Positions 1-9,974 of a stretch of 42,692 nucleotides of DNA are shown here, one piece after another; within the stretch, counting starts at the first letter, position 1, and the number at the start of each line of letters is the position of its first letter. The DNA is from Thiobacillus sp. (lineage in GTDB: Bacteria; Pseudomonadota; Gammaproteobacteria; Burkholderiales; Thiobacillaceae). Below the pieces are notes generated by a model. That model worked only from the letters and a program-made list of their open reading frames with translations. It was not told the origin of the DNA and made no database searches. A program made the position numbers and the translations under genes. The stretch is taken from the NCBI GenBank assembly GCA_019911765.1, contig JAIOJU010000240.1, positions 1 to 42,692 of the forward strand. Reading direction: 5' to 3'.

Positions 1-219
1 GTGCAGCAGTGCGGCGGTCAGGGTTTGCGCGTCGAGATGCCAGCCGGCCAGGATGCCGGCAACGGCCAGCGGGTGGGAGATGTAGGGTTCGCCGCTTTTG
101 CGGAACTGACCTTCGTGGGCGCGGCGACTGAACTCGTAGGCTTCTTCGATGACGCCGATTTCGTCCGGCGGCAGGTAGGCCAGCGCCGGACGCAGCGCCT
201 CAAATGCGTGCGCCATCAT
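1..219 (-). CDS. spoT: Bifunctional (p)ppGpp synthetase/hydrolase, N-terminal part (runs off the window)
   Basis: Manual translation from ATG at 219: MMAHAFEALRPALAYLPPDEIGVIEEAYEFSRRAHEGQFRKSGEPYISHPLAVAGILAGWHLDAQTLTAALLH. AHEGQxRKSGEPYIxHP and AALLH(D) are RelA/SpoT HD-domain motifs; gmk-rpoZ-spoT synteny. Confidence 0.95.
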   Translation of the reverse strand, partial: MMAHAFEALRPALAYLPPDEIGVIEEAYEFSRRAHEGQFRKSGEPYISHPLAVAGILAGWHLDAQTLTAALLH

Positions 220-262
220 CGGCGCGCCAAGCTCGCGTGCCGGCTGAGGGTGGGGCGAGCGC

Positions 263-466
263 TCAGGCGCGGCCTCGGTTGAGGATTTCACGGCCAACCT
301 TGCCGGCTGCAATTTCGCGCAGTGCGGTGACGACGGATTTATCCTTGGTGTCGACCATGGGCTGTGAACCTTGTGCCAGCTGGCGTGCGCGGTAGGTCAC
401 TGCGAGTGTCAATTCGAAGCGATTGGGGAACATGTCGATACAGTCATCAACGGTAATACGTGCCAT
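263..466 (-). CDS. rpoZ: RNA polymerase omega subunit
   Basis: MARITVDDC...[16 protein letters not shown]...ALREIAAG; lies between gmk and spoT; AGGAG RBS upstream. Confidence 0.97.
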   Translation of the reverse strand: MARITVDDCIDMFPNRFELTLAVTYRARQLAQGSQPMVDTKDKSVVTALREIAAGKVGREILNRGRA

Positions 467-495
467 AGGGATACTCCTGCTTCAAGCGGTGCGGT

Positions 496-1149
<654 letters not shown>

Positions 1150-1164
1150 TCAATAGATAAAGTC

Positions 1165-1242
1165 TATCCGCGAAGAGCGCGAAGAAACGCGAAGGGAAAC
1201 CCTGAAACTTTACTTCGCGGCCCTTCGCGTTCTTCGCGGATA
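1165..1242. repeat. Palindromic intergenic repeat (3x CGCGAAG / 3x CTTCGCG), copy 1
   Basis: TATCCGCGAAGAGCGCGAAGAAACGCGAAG ... CTTCGCGGCCCTTCGCGTTCTTCGCGGATA; symmetric unit spacing; between yicC and gmk. Confidence 0.85.
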
Positions 1243-1246
1243 AAAA

Positions 1247-2113
1247 TCACTCGATATTCTGCACCTGTTCGCGCATTTGCTCGATCAAGACCTTGAGTTC
1301 GAGTGAAACGCGCGAGGTTTCCACCGCCACGGACTTGGAGCCGAGGGTGTTGGCTTCACGGTGCAGTTCCTGCATCAGGAAGTCGAGCCGCTTGCCGATG
1401 GCGTTTTTCTGCTCGAGCACGCGACGGACTTCGGCAAAATGGGTGGTCAGGCGTGATATTTCTTCATCGACATCGGCTTTCTGGGCTGCCAGTGCAATTT
1501 CCTGAGCCAGCCGCTCGTGCCCGGCGTCCCCCAGCGCGTCGCGCAGGCGTTCCGTCAGTTTGCTGCGTTGGGCTTCGATCAGGGCGGGCAGCAAGGGCCG
1601 CAAGCCGGCCACCTGGGCTTCGGCTGCGCCGAGCCGGTCGAGAATGTGCTGTTTCAGCTTGGCGCCTTCGCGCTGGCGGCTTTCCACCAGTTCGTCCAGC
1701 GTGGTGCGAACGCCCGCCAATACCGCCTCGTTCAGGACATCCGGCGACAGGGCGGCTGTCTGCACCGCACCAGGCCAGCGCAGGACCTCGTTGACGCTGA
1801 GGTGCGCGCTGTCGGGCAGGCGTTGCAGCACTTCGTCCTGCCAGTGCGCAAGGCGCTCAAGAATCGCTGGACTCAAGCCGTTATCCAACGAGTCGGCGGA
1901 AACCGGCAGCAGGCTGATCCGGCATTCCACCTTGCCGCGTGCGAGACGTTGATTGATCAACTCGCGCAATTGCGGTTCGAGGGGGCGGAGTTCGTCAGCC
2001 AGGCGGAAATGCAGCTCGAGGTAACGCTGATTGACGCTGCGCAGGTCGATGTTGACGCTTGCATGGTCTAGGTTGAGGCTATGGGCGGAAAACCCGGTCA
2101 TGCTCGTGGTCAT
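1247..2113 (-). CDS. yicC: YicC/YloC family endoribonuclease
   Basis: SMTGF N-terminus, RSVNQRYLE, GKRLDFLMQELHREANTLGSK, EQMREQVQNIE C-terminus. Confidence 0.96.
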   Translation of the reverse strand: MTTSMTGFSAHSLNLDHASVNIDLRSVNQRYLELHFRLADELRPLEPQLRELINQRLARGKVECRISLLPVSADSLDNGLSPAILERLAHWQDEVLQRLPDSAHLSVNEVLRWPGAVQTAALSPDVLNEAVLAGVRTTLDELVESRQREGAKLKQHILDRLGAAEAQVAGLRPLLPALIEAQRSKLTERLRDALGDAGHERLAQEIALAAQKADVDEEISRLTTHFAEVRRVLEQKNAIGKRLDFLMQELHREANTLGSKSVAVETSRVSLELKVLIEQMREQVQNIE

Positions 2114-2215
2114 GAGTGGCGTGGGAACAAATATAGATTAAGGTGCAAGCCGGTGCGGAGCCGGCATGGTTTTTCCGGCTTGCCGGCTCAAAGAAAAGAT
2201 AATAGACGTTCGACT

Positions 2216-3160
2216 ATGGCGACTCAACCTAACCAGGCGCTTCCCAACGGATACCGGCTGAACGAATACACCATCGTGCGCAAGATAGGCGGCGGTGGGT
2301 TCAGCATGGTGTACCTGGCACGTGACGAAAACAACCAGTCCGTGGCGATCAAGGAATATTTGCCGGGGCAGCTGGTGCTGCGTACCGAAGGCTCGGTGAT
2401 CGTGCAGGCCAACTCGACCGAGAACAACAATATTTTCCGCCATGGGATGAAGTGTTTTTTCGAGGAAGGCCGGGCGCTGGCGCGTATCGATCATCCCAAC
2501 GTCATCCGTGTGACCAATTTTTTTCGCGCCAACGACACGGTCTACATGGTGATGCGCTTCGAGCGCGGCAAAACCCTGCAGCAGCATATTCAGGCCAACC
2601 GCGGCTCCATCCGCGAAAGTTTCATCCGGCGGGTGTTTGCGCAGTTGCTGAACGGTCTGCGCGAGGTACATACGCACAAGCTGCTGCATCTCGATATCAA
2701 GCCGTCGAATCTGTATATCCGCCTGGACGGCTCGCCGGTGCTGATCGACTTCGGCGCGGCGCGGCAGACCCTCACCCAGGAAGAGAGCAAGCTGCAGCCC
2801 ATGTATACCCCGGGATTTGCCGCGCCCGAGCAGTATCACAACCGTGAACGGCTGGGCCCATGGTCCGATGTCTATAGCGTGGGGGCCAGCCTTTACGCCT
2901 GCCTGGCGGGCTATCCGCCGCAGTCGGCCGATGCGCGTTTGATCAATGACAAGCTGGTGCCGGCAACGGTCAACTGGAAGGGGGCCTACTCCGACCAGTT
3001 GCTGGAAACCATCGATCATTGCCTCAAGCTCAATTACATGGAACGCCCGCAAAGCGTCTTCAGCTTGCAGAAGGTCCTGATGGACCGCACCGCGATGGCG
3101 CCGCCCCGGCCTTCATTTTTATCGAGTATCAAGCGCTCACTCAGCAAAGATTTGTTCTAA
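2216..3160 (+). CDS. Soluble Hanks-type Ser/Thr protein kinase
   Basis: GGGGFSMVY Gly-loop, VAIKEY, HLDIKPSN, DFG, TPGFAAPEQ, SDVYSVG; start placed at ATG 2216 (MATQPNQ); no TM segment. Confidence 0.93.
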   Translation: MATQPNQALPNGYRLNEYTIVRKIGGGGFSMVYLARDENNQSVAIKEYLPGQLVLRTEGSVIVQANSTENNNIFRHGMKCFFEEGRALARIDHPNVIRVTNFFRANDTVYMVMRFERGKTLQQHIQANRGSIRESFIRRVFAQLLNGLREVHTHKLLHLDIKPSNLYIRLDGSPVLIDFGAARQTLTQEESKLQPMYTPGFAAPEQYHNRERLGPWSDVYSVGASLYACLAGYPPQSADARLINDKLVPATVNWKGAYSDQLLETIDHCLKLNYMERPQSVFSLQKVLMDRTAMAPPRPSFLSSIKRSLSKDLF

Positions 3161-3170
3161 AGTATCGGCC

Positions 3171-4079
3171 ATGAAATTCACCATCTATCAGGCGTCACGC
3201 CAGGGCGGACGCAAAAACAATCAGGACCGGGTTGCTTACTCCTACAGCCGCGACGCGCTGCTGATGGTGGTGGCGGACGGAATGGGCGGCCACATGCACG
3301 GTGAAATTGCCGCGCAGATTGCGGTGCAGACGCTTACCGACCAGTTTCAGAAACTGGCCAAGCCGCGGCTGGACGATCCGATGGCCTTCCTGTCGGACAC
3401 GACCACGCGTGCCCATTTCGCCATCAACGACTACGCGGTTGAACAGGATCTGCTGGAAATCCCCCACACCACCTGCGTCGCTGCCGTGATCCAGGACAAC
3501 ACCGCGTACTGGGCGCATGTGGGCGATTCGCGCCTGTATCTGTTCAGCGATGGCAGCCTGATCGCGCGTACCGAAGACCACACTGCGGTGGCCCAGCTGG
3601 TGCGCGACGGCATCATCAGCGAAGAGGAAGCCGGGCATCATCCGGAACGCAACAAGGTATCCAACTGCCTGGGCGGCTATGTCTCGCCGCAGGTGGAATG
3701 CAATGCGCCGATTCCGCTGCACGACGCCGACACCATGCTGCTGTGCACCGACGGCATCTGGGGCATGATCAATGCCCATGAGTTGTCGGCCTTGCTGCAC
3801 GCCTACACGCTGGATGATGCGGTACGTCATTTGATGGACCACGCTGAATTTCGCGGCGGTGAACACGGCGACAACCTCAGCCTCATCGCCATGACCTGGG
3901 GTGAGGCGCGCATGCCGAGCAAAGATTCCATTTCCACCCTGGCATTGCCGGACGGCGGCGTCACCACGCAGATCAATGCCATGCGCCCGCTGCCCGGCAC
4001 CCCGGCCGTGTCGGATGACGAAATCGAACGCGCGATTGCCGAAATCAAGCAGGCCATTCAGAAGATTTCCGCCAAGTAG
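3171..4079 (+). CDS. PP2C/PPM-family Ser/Thr protein phosphatase
   Basis: RKNNQD, VADGMGGH, HVGDSRLY, LCTDGIW, GDNLS motifs; 10 bp downstream of the kinase. Confidence 0.95.
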   Translation: MKFTIYQASRQGGRKNNQDRVAYSYSRDALLMVVADGMGGHMHGEIAAQIAVQTLTDQFQKLAKPRLDDPMAFLSDTTTRAHFAINDYAVEQDLLEIPHTTCVAAVIQDNTAYWAHVGDSRLYLFSDGSLIARTEDHTAVAQLVRDGIISEEEAGHHPERNKVSNCLGGYVSPQVECNAPIPLHDADTMLLCTDGIWGMINAHELSALLHAYTLDDAVRHLMDHAEFRGGEHGDNLSLIAMTWGEARMPSKDSISTLALPDGGVTTQINAMRPLPGTPAVSDDEIERAIAEIKQAIQKISAK

Positions 4080-4086
4080 GCTGCAG

Positions 4087-4253
4087 CTAGTGGTCTGCTT
4101 CCGAAATAATGCAACATGAAACGGCGTCTTTTTCCGCATGATGGCGTTGCTCGTCGTTGCCATAGAGCCCGCTATGTCGCCTCCTCGCGCCTTGCCCTGC
4201 GAAAAAATACATCCGTTTCATCCTGTCACACTATTTCGGAAGCAGACCACTAG
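4087..4253. mobile_element. 167-bp MITE, copy 1 (IS630-like ends)
   Basis: Perfect 22-bp terminal inverted repeat CTAGTGGTCTGCTTCCGAAATA...TATTTCGGAAGCAGACCACTAG; near-identical copy at 15404-15570; no transposase. Confidence 0.88.
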
Positions 4254-4332
4254 ACAGGGTTGCGGGCATGGACAGCTGCCATGCCCGGAGTGGGCGCGGT
4301 AAAATCGCGCTTTCTCTTTTCCGGTTGCTGCC

Positions 4333-5064
4333 ATGTCCACCCTTACCCGTCCCAGCGGCCGCGCGCCCGATGCGCTGCGCACCCTGTCGTTCACCCGTGG
4401 TTTTACCAAGCATGCCGAAGGCTCGGTGCTCGTCAGCATGGGCGACACCCGTGTGCTGTGTACCGCCAGCGTGCTCGACAAGATTCCGCCGCACAAGAAA
4501 GGCAGTGGCGAAGGCTGGGTGACCGCCGAATATGGCATGCTGCCGCGCTCGACCCATACGCGCAGCGATCGTGAAGCGGCGCGTGGCAAGCAGAGCGGCC
4601 GCACCCAGGAAATCCAGCGCCTGATCGGGCGTTCCCTGCGTGCGGTGGTCGATCTGAAGAAGCTTGGCGAGCGCACGCTGCATATCGACTGCGATGTGCT
4701 GCAGGCGGACGGCGGCACCCGCTGTGCCAGCATCTGCGGCGCTTACGTTGCGGTGGCCGATGCCGTGGCCGGTCTGCTGCGCGAAGGCAAACTGGCCGAA
4801 ACCCCGCTCAATGACAGCATTGCCGCGGTCTCGGTTGGTGTTTATGAAGGGCATTCGGTGCTTGATCTGGATTACATCGAAGATTTCGAGTGCGACACCG
4901 ACATGAATGTCGTGATGACCGGCAGCGGCGGCATCGTCGAAATACAGGGCACGGCTGAAGGCGTGCCGTTTTCGCGTGCCACCCTGGATGCATTGGTTGA
5001 CCTGGCCGCCGCTGGCATCGTACAGATCAGCACGGCGCAACAGGCAGCATTAAAAGCGGATTGA
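4333..5064 (+). CDS. rph: Ribonuclease PH
   Basis: [66 protein letters not shown]. Confidence 0.98.
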   Translation: MSTLTRPSGRAPDALRTLSFTRGFTKHAEGSVLVSMGDTRVLCTASVLDKIPPHKKGSGEGWVTAEYGMLPRSTHTRSDREAARGKQSGRTQEIQRLIGRSLRAVVDLKKLGERTLHIDCDVLQADGGTRCASICGAYVAVADAVAGLLREGKLAETPLNDSIAAVSVGVYEGHSVLDLDYIEDFECDTDMNVVMTGSGGIVEIQGTAEGVPFSRATLDALVDLAAAGIVQISTAQQAALKAD

Positions 5065-5154
5065 TCTGCGAAGGACGCGAAGAAACGCGAAGGGGGGATC
5101 CGGATTTTCTTCGCGCCCCTTTGCGTCCTTTATGCCCTTCGGGTATTCGTGGAT
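5064..5154. repeat. Palindromic intergenic repeat (CGCGAAG family), copy 2
   Basis: ATCTGCGAAGGACGCGAAGAAACGCGAAG ... CTTCGCGCCCCTTTGCGTCC ... TTCGTGGAT; same architecture as 1165-1242 with an extra insert in the right arm. Confidence 0.8.
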
Positions 5155-5177
5155 AAAAAAGTCAAAAGGAACCCCTC

Positions 5178-5777
5178 ATGAGCAAACTTGTTATCGCCTC
5201 CGGCAATGCCGGCAAGCTGCGTGAAATCGCCCGCATCCTCGCGCCGCTCGGAATCGAAGCCGTGCCGCAATCGCAGTTCAACGTGCCCGACTGTCCCGAA
5301 CCCTACGTCACCTTTGTCGAAAACTGCCTGGCCAAGGCGCGCCATGCCAGTTTGCACAGTGGCCTGCCCGCGCTGGCCGACGATTCCGGTATCTGTGTTG
5401 AGGCGCTGGGTGGCGCGCCCGGAGTACAGTCAGCGCGTTATGCCGGCGAACCCAAGTCCGATGACCGTAACAACGACAAGCTCATTGCCGCGCTGGCCAA
5501 CGAAACCAATCGCCGCGCGCACTACACCTGTGTCATGGTCTATGTACGCCATCCCGACGATCCCGAGCCGGTGATTGCCGAGGGCCGCTGGTTTGGGGAA
5601 ATCATCGACACGCCGCGCGGCGAAGGCGGCTTTGGCTACGATCCGTATTTCCTGGTGCCGGAGTTTGGCAAGACCGGCGCCGAACTGGATGCCGACACCA
5701 AGAACAGCATCAGCCATCGCGGCAAGGCGCTGCGCGATCTGGTGGACCAGCTCAGGCAATTGAACCGGATTGGCTGA
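5178..5777 (+). CDS. rdgB: dITP/XTP pyrophosphatase (HAM1 family)
   Basis: ASGNAGKLRE, ADDSG, APGVQSARYA, GFGYDP, KNSISHRGKAL. Confidence 0.97.
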   Translation: MSKLVIASGNAGKLREIARILAPLGIEAVPQSQFNVPDCPEPYVTFVENCLAKARHASLHSGLPALADDSGICVEALGGAPGVQSARYAGEPKSDDRNNDKLIAALANETNRRAHYTCVMVYVRHPDDPEPVIAEGRWFGEIIDTPRGEGGFGYDPYFLVPEFGKTGAELDADTKNSISHRGKALRDLVDQLRQLNRIG

Positions 5778-6945
5778 TTCCATCGTACGTTTTGCCAGCG
5801 GCGGCCTGACGGTTTCGCCGCCGCTGTCGCTCTACATCCACTTGCCGTGGTGCGTAAAAAAGTGCCCGTATTGCGACTTCAATTCGCACGCATCGCAGGC
5901 CATTCCGGAAGCCGCTTACATCGATGCCCTGCTGCTGGATCTGGAACGCGCGCTGCCCGATATCTGGGGTCGGCGAATCCATACCGTGTTTTTCGGCGGC
6001 GGCACCCCCAGCCTGTTTTCGGCAGCAGGCATCGACCGTATTCTGACCGGCGTGCGCACGCTCACGCAATTGCTGCCCAACGCGGAGATCACGCTGGAAG
6101 CCAACCCCGGCACGGTGGAAGCGGAAAAATTTGCAGGCTTTCGCGAAGCCGGGGTGACGCGGGTGTCGCTCGGTATCCAGAGCTTCAACTCGCAGCATCT
6201 GAAAGCGCTCGGGCGCATCCACGACGACAGTGAAGCCCGGCGCGCGGCTGAACTCGCGGCCACGCATTTCGATACCTTCAACCTCGACCTGATGTTTGCC
6301 TTGCCGGGACAAACGCTGGACGAGGCGCTGACCGATATCGATACGGCGCTGGCATTCAGGCCGCCGCATCTGTCGGCCTATCACCTCACGCTCGAACCCA
6401 ACACGCCGTTTGGCCACACCGCGCCGCCCAATCTGCCGGATGACGATGTGGCTGCGGACATGCACCAGGCCATCGAAGCGCGGCTGACCGAAGCGGGCAT
6501 GCAGCATTACGAAACCTCGGCCTACGCGCGGCCCCATCACGCCAGTCGTCACAACCTCAACTACTGGCAGTTTGGCGACTACCTCGGCATCGGCGCGGGC
6601 GCGCATTCCAAACTCAGCTTTCACGACCGCATCCTGCGGCAGATGCGCACCAAGCATCCGCAGCAATACATGGACGCGGTTGCGCAGGGAACGCACATTG
6701 CCGATGCCCGCACGCTCACGCGCAGCGACCTGCCGTTTGAGTTCATGATGAATGCGCTGCGCCTGAATGAAGGCGTGCCGTCGGCCTTGTTTGAAGAACG
6801 CACGGGCCTGCCATTGATCGTTTGCACGGCCGGGCTGGAACAGGCCCGGGCCAAAGGTTTGCTGGCGCACGATGCCATGCAGCTCAAGCCCACCTTGCTT
6901 GGACAGCGTTATCTGAACGATTTGCTGGAATTGTTTTTGCCGTAG
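5770..6945 (+). CDS. hemW: Radical SAM heme chaperone HemW (HemN-like)
   Basis: LYIHLPWCVKKCPYCDFN, GGGTPS, EANP, YETSAYA, HNLNYWQFGDYLGIGAGAH; overlaps rdgB. Confidence 0.95.
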   Translation: MADSIVRFASGGLTVSPPLSLYIHLPWCVKKCPYCDFNSHASQAIPEAAYIDALLLDLERALPDIWGRRIHTVFFGGGTPSLFSAAGIDRILTGVRTLTQLLPNAEITLEANPGTVEAEKFAGFREAGVTRVSLGIQSFNSQHLKALGRIHDDSEARRAAELAATHFDTFNLDLMFALPGQTLDEALTDIDTALAFRPPHLSAYHLTLEPNTPFGHTAPPNLPDDDVAADMHQAIEARLTEAGMQHYETSAYARPHHASRHNLNYWQFGDYLGIGAGAHSKLSFHDRILRQMRTKHPQQYMDAVAQGTHIADARTLTRSDLPFEFMMNALRLNEGVPSALFEERTGLPLIVCTAGLEQARAKGLLAHDAMQLKPTLLGQRYLNDLLELFLP

Positions 6946-6965
6946 GGGGCAAAACGCGCGCGCAA

Positions 6966-8129
6966 TCAGGGCTGGCTGACGGTGCGGAAACCTGCGTATG
7001 GATCGCGCCGATGCGGCAGGTAAAAATTGCGGAAGCCCGGGCGCTTGAGCAGCGGGTGGGTAAAGGGCCCGCCGCCACGCAGTTCCCCGTGGGTATGGAA
7101 CCAGGGTTGGGAATAGTCCTGGTAGGGGTCGGGGAAAAAACCGGGGTACGGCGCAAACGGTTCGCGTAGCCACTCCCAGCATACGCCCCAGCGGAAATCT
7201 GCCAGCGTCGTTGCCCGCATCCACTGCCCGGCCGTCGGCAGGCTGCGTCCGAGCCAGGCTGCGCAGGCTTCTGCCTCAAAGCGGTTGATATGCAGCATGG
7301 CTTGGTCCGGACTCAGCGGCGACCAGTCACCAAAGCGCCGCGTCTGCCACCTGTCCCGTTCCCGTCGCCAGTACAGCGGCTGGGCTGCGCCACTGCCGGT
7401 TCGCCATGCCCACCCTGCGTCCGACCACCCTGCGTTGTCCTGGTAGCCGCCTGCGTCGACAAAAGCGGCAAAGCTCGTTTCGGACACTGGGCTTGCGTCG
7501 ATATCGAATGCCGGCAACCCAACCGTGCAGCGCCATTTTTCGTTGTCGAAGATAAAGCCTTCGCCAGCGCCGCTGCCCAGTGTGACCTCGCCCTCGCCAA
7601 ACACCAGGCGATCACCCTGCGCAGTCAATCCATCGTGCGCTACAGGTTGCGCGGGTGGCGTCAGCCCCAGATTCTGAAAAGCCATCCACCAGGCTTCGAT
7701 GTGCATCAGCTCGTGATAGAGGCTGAGCTCGGCAAAATACGCCAGCTCGGGGTTGAATGACTTGTGCATCCGGTCTGTCACGGCTGCCGTTACCTGGCTG
7801 GCGTAGTCATCCAGTGCAGCGGGTTGCAGCAAGGGCAGATCCCAGCGGCTGTCATGTGCAACGGTGGACGAGTCATAGAGCGCATCGGCCCCGCTCAGAA
7901 GGCTGTCCGTAAAGCGGCCATCCGGCTGCGCCCGCACACACCAGCGTTCCTGGAACCAGATGATGTGCCCCACCTCCCATAGCGGTGGATTCAGATGCTC
8001 GGCGCGTGGTCCCAGCCAGTTGGCGTCCGGCAAACACGCCATCAGCGCGCGCAGTTGTCCACGTGCCTGCGCCAGTTGGTCGACAAGCTGTTGCGCGGAG
8101 TAGCCGCTGACGGGGCGAGTCATGTTCAT
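6966..8129 (-). CDS. senA: Non-heme iron sulfoxide/selenoxide synthase, SenA-like (EgtB/SUMF1 family)
   Basis: DinB-like N-domain NPPLWEVGHIIWFQERW...DALYDSSTVAHDSRWDLPL with HELMH (3-His triad); FGE-like C-domain FDNEK, WEW, PYPGFxPDPYxDYSxPWF, RNFYLPHRRD. Motifs match my recollection of SenA better than canonical EgtB (HTTWFFE/HEQQHQE/EYNGKFM). Confidence 0.72.
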   Translation of the reverse strand: MNMTRPVSGYSAQQLVDQLAQARGQLRALMACLPDANWLGPRAEHLNPPLWEVGHIIWFQERWCVRAQPDGRFTDSLLSGADALYDSSTVAHDSRWDLPLLQPAALDDYASQVTAAVTDRMHKSFNPELAYFAELSLYHELMHIEAWWMAFQNLGLTPPAQPVAHDGLTAQGDRLVFGEGEVTLGSGAGEGFIFDNEKWRCTVGLPAFDIDASPVSETSFAAFVDAGGYQDNAGWSDAGWAWRTGSGAAQPLYWRRERDRWQTRRFGDWSPLSPDQAMLHINRFEAEACAAWLGRSLPTAGQWMRATTLADFRWGVCWEWLREPFAPYPGFFPDPYQDYSQPWFHTHGELRGGGPFTHPLLKRPGFRNFYLPHRRDPYAGFRTVSQP

Positions 8130-8267
8130 GCTATACAGATGAGGTGCATCCAGTGGATTCTAGGCGTCGAACCTCAATTTGGGTGAATTGGGGCGCGCCT
8201 TGAGTTTCCGGCGTGTGGGTGTTCGGTGGGTATCCACGTGCAGCGTTAACCACAGGAGCATGGTTCA

Positions 8268-9224
8268 GTGTCCTTCCGTTTTCTGGATTTACACCATCAG
8301 CGTGACGACTTGCGCACCGACGTACTGGCCGGACTGGCCGCCCATCCAAAATCCATCCCGCCCAAATACTTTTATGACGAATCGGGCTGTCAGCTATTTG
8401 AAGCCATTTGCAGACAGCCCGAATACACCCTCACCCGCACCGAGCATGCCTTGATGGCTTCGCGCATGCCCGGGATCGCAGCGGCCATTGGCGCAGTCGA
8501 TTGCGTCATTGAGCCAGGCGCGGGCGATTGCGGCAAAGTCCGGATGTTGCTCGATGCCTTGCGCCCCAGCCAGCTCGTCGTGCTCGACATCGCCGGGCGC
8601 GCACTCGCCGCCGCCGCCGAGCCGCTCGCCCACGACTACCCCGCCCTTGCCGTCACCGCCATCGGCATGGATTTCATCCACGATCTGGAAGCCGCCTTGC
8701 CCTACGTGTCGGCGGGCCGCAGGCTGATCTACTATCCCGGCTCCAGCATCGGCAATTTTTCACCCGACGAGGCCGCAGCATTACTCAAGCGGTTTCATCA
8801 ACTCGCTGGTTCAAGCGGCCAGTTGCTTATCGGTTTCGACCTCAAAAAAGACCCGGAGCACTTGCACCGTGCCTACAACGATGCCGCCGGCATGACCGCT
8901 GCCTTCAATCTCAACCTGCTGTTTCGGTTGAACCGGGAACTCGACGCTGATTTCGATCCGACTCTGTTTCGCCACTACGCGTTTTACAACCCATGGCACA
9001 GCCGTATCGAAATGCACCTGGTCAGCCTGGCCGAGCAGACCGTCACGGTCGCAAACCAGCGCGTTCATTTCGATCTGGGCGAAACCCTGCATACCGAAAA
9101 CTCCTGCAAATTCCGTTGCGATGAATTCAGTGCCATTGCTGGGCGGGCCGGCTGGCACCTGGCGGGCGAGTGGGAGCGGGACGGGTTTGCGGTGCAGTTG
9201 CATGGGGTGGGCGTGAACTTGTAG
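8268..9224 (+). CDS. egtD: L-histidine N-alpha-trimethyltransferase
   Basis: PPKYFYD, PEY, EPGAG SAM motif, PGSSIGNF, AYNDAAG, RIEMHL, HTENS; GTG start with AGGAG RBS. Confidence 0.92.
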   Translation: MSFRFLDLHHQRDDLRTDVLAGLAAHPKSIPPKYFYDESGCQLFEAICRQPEYTLTRTEHALMASRMPGIAAAIGAVDCVIEPGAGDCGKVRMLLDALRPSQLVVLDIAGRALAAAAEPLAHDYPALAVTAIGMDFIHDLEAALPYVSAGRRLIYYPGSSIGNFSPDEAAALLKRFHQLAGSSGQLLIGFDLKKDPEHLHRAYNDAAGMTAAFNLNLLFRLNRELDADFDPTLFRHYAFYNPWHSRIEMHLVSLAEQTVTVANQRVHFDLGETLHTENSCKFRCDEFSAIAGRAGWHLAGEWERDGFAVQLHGVGVNL

Positions 9225-9333
9225 CCGTGTACCTGTTCGCCACGCCACTATCGATGGTTTGAACTAGAGTGAGATAAGGCTTTATCCAGGGCCTGAATTT
9301 ATTGGTCGGGACTATTGAAATCCGGAGGGCGCA

Positions 9334-9780
9334 ATGTTCAAACGCATCTTGGTGGCTGTGGACGGCAGTGATACGGCAGCGCTGGCTTTACAGGAATCGA
9401 TCCGACTGGCGAGTGAGGTTCAGGCACAGCTGCGGCTGGTGTATGTGATAGATATCATCAACCTCAATGTGGGAGTGGATTTTCCCTTTCCGCCCGAGGT
9501 TTCGGGTAGTTTGGCCAGGACCGGTCGGGACATTCTCGACAAGGCAGGGGCCGTGGCACGCGAAGCGGGCGTGTCAGCCGAAACTGCGCTGATCAAGATC
9601 GATACGCTGGGTCAACGCATTCCGGAAATGATCGCGGCGGACGCCGAGGCCTGGCCAGCGGACCTGATCGTGATCGGCACCCACGGTCGCCGGGGGCTGA
9701 GCCATTTGTTTCTCGGTAGTGTCGCCGAAGGCGTGGCGCGCGTTGCCACGAAACCGGTGCTGCTGATTCGCGGAAAATGA
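9334..9780 (+). CDS. Universal stress protein (single domain)
   Basis: [11 protein letters not shown] ... [25 protein letters not shown]. Confidence 0.95.
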   Translation: MFKRILVAVDGSDTAALALQESIRLASEVQAQLRLVYVIDIINLNVGVDFPFPPEVSGSLARTGRDILDKAGAVAREAGVSAETALIKIDTLGQRIPEMIAADAEAWPADLIVIGTHGRRGLSHLFLGSVAEGVARVATKPVLLIRGK

Positions 9781-9974
9781 GCACCGTGTACCGGGGGTAA
9801 TGGCCTTGGCACACGAGGGTGTCTGGCTTGATGGTCGCCCGCTGGTGAAAACATAAAAAATCAAATCTGCCTTCTTGTTCTTCAAGAAGGCAGTTGAGCT
9901 ATCTGGGCTCGAATGAGGCAAGCAGGGCTTGCTTCTGATTGGTGCTGGCGTTTTCTGCTTGGGAGGGATTGACC

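Noticed and set aside
8131-8349. 72-aa ORF ending just before the senA-like start (possible senB/senC relic)
   Set aside because: Overlaps egtD antisense and shows no glycosyltransferase or SelD motifs.
9777-9856. Tiny ORF(s) beginning at the USP stop (MSTVYRG / [18 protein letters not shown])
   Set aside because: Too short to assign; might be a gene remnant but there is no supporting evidence.
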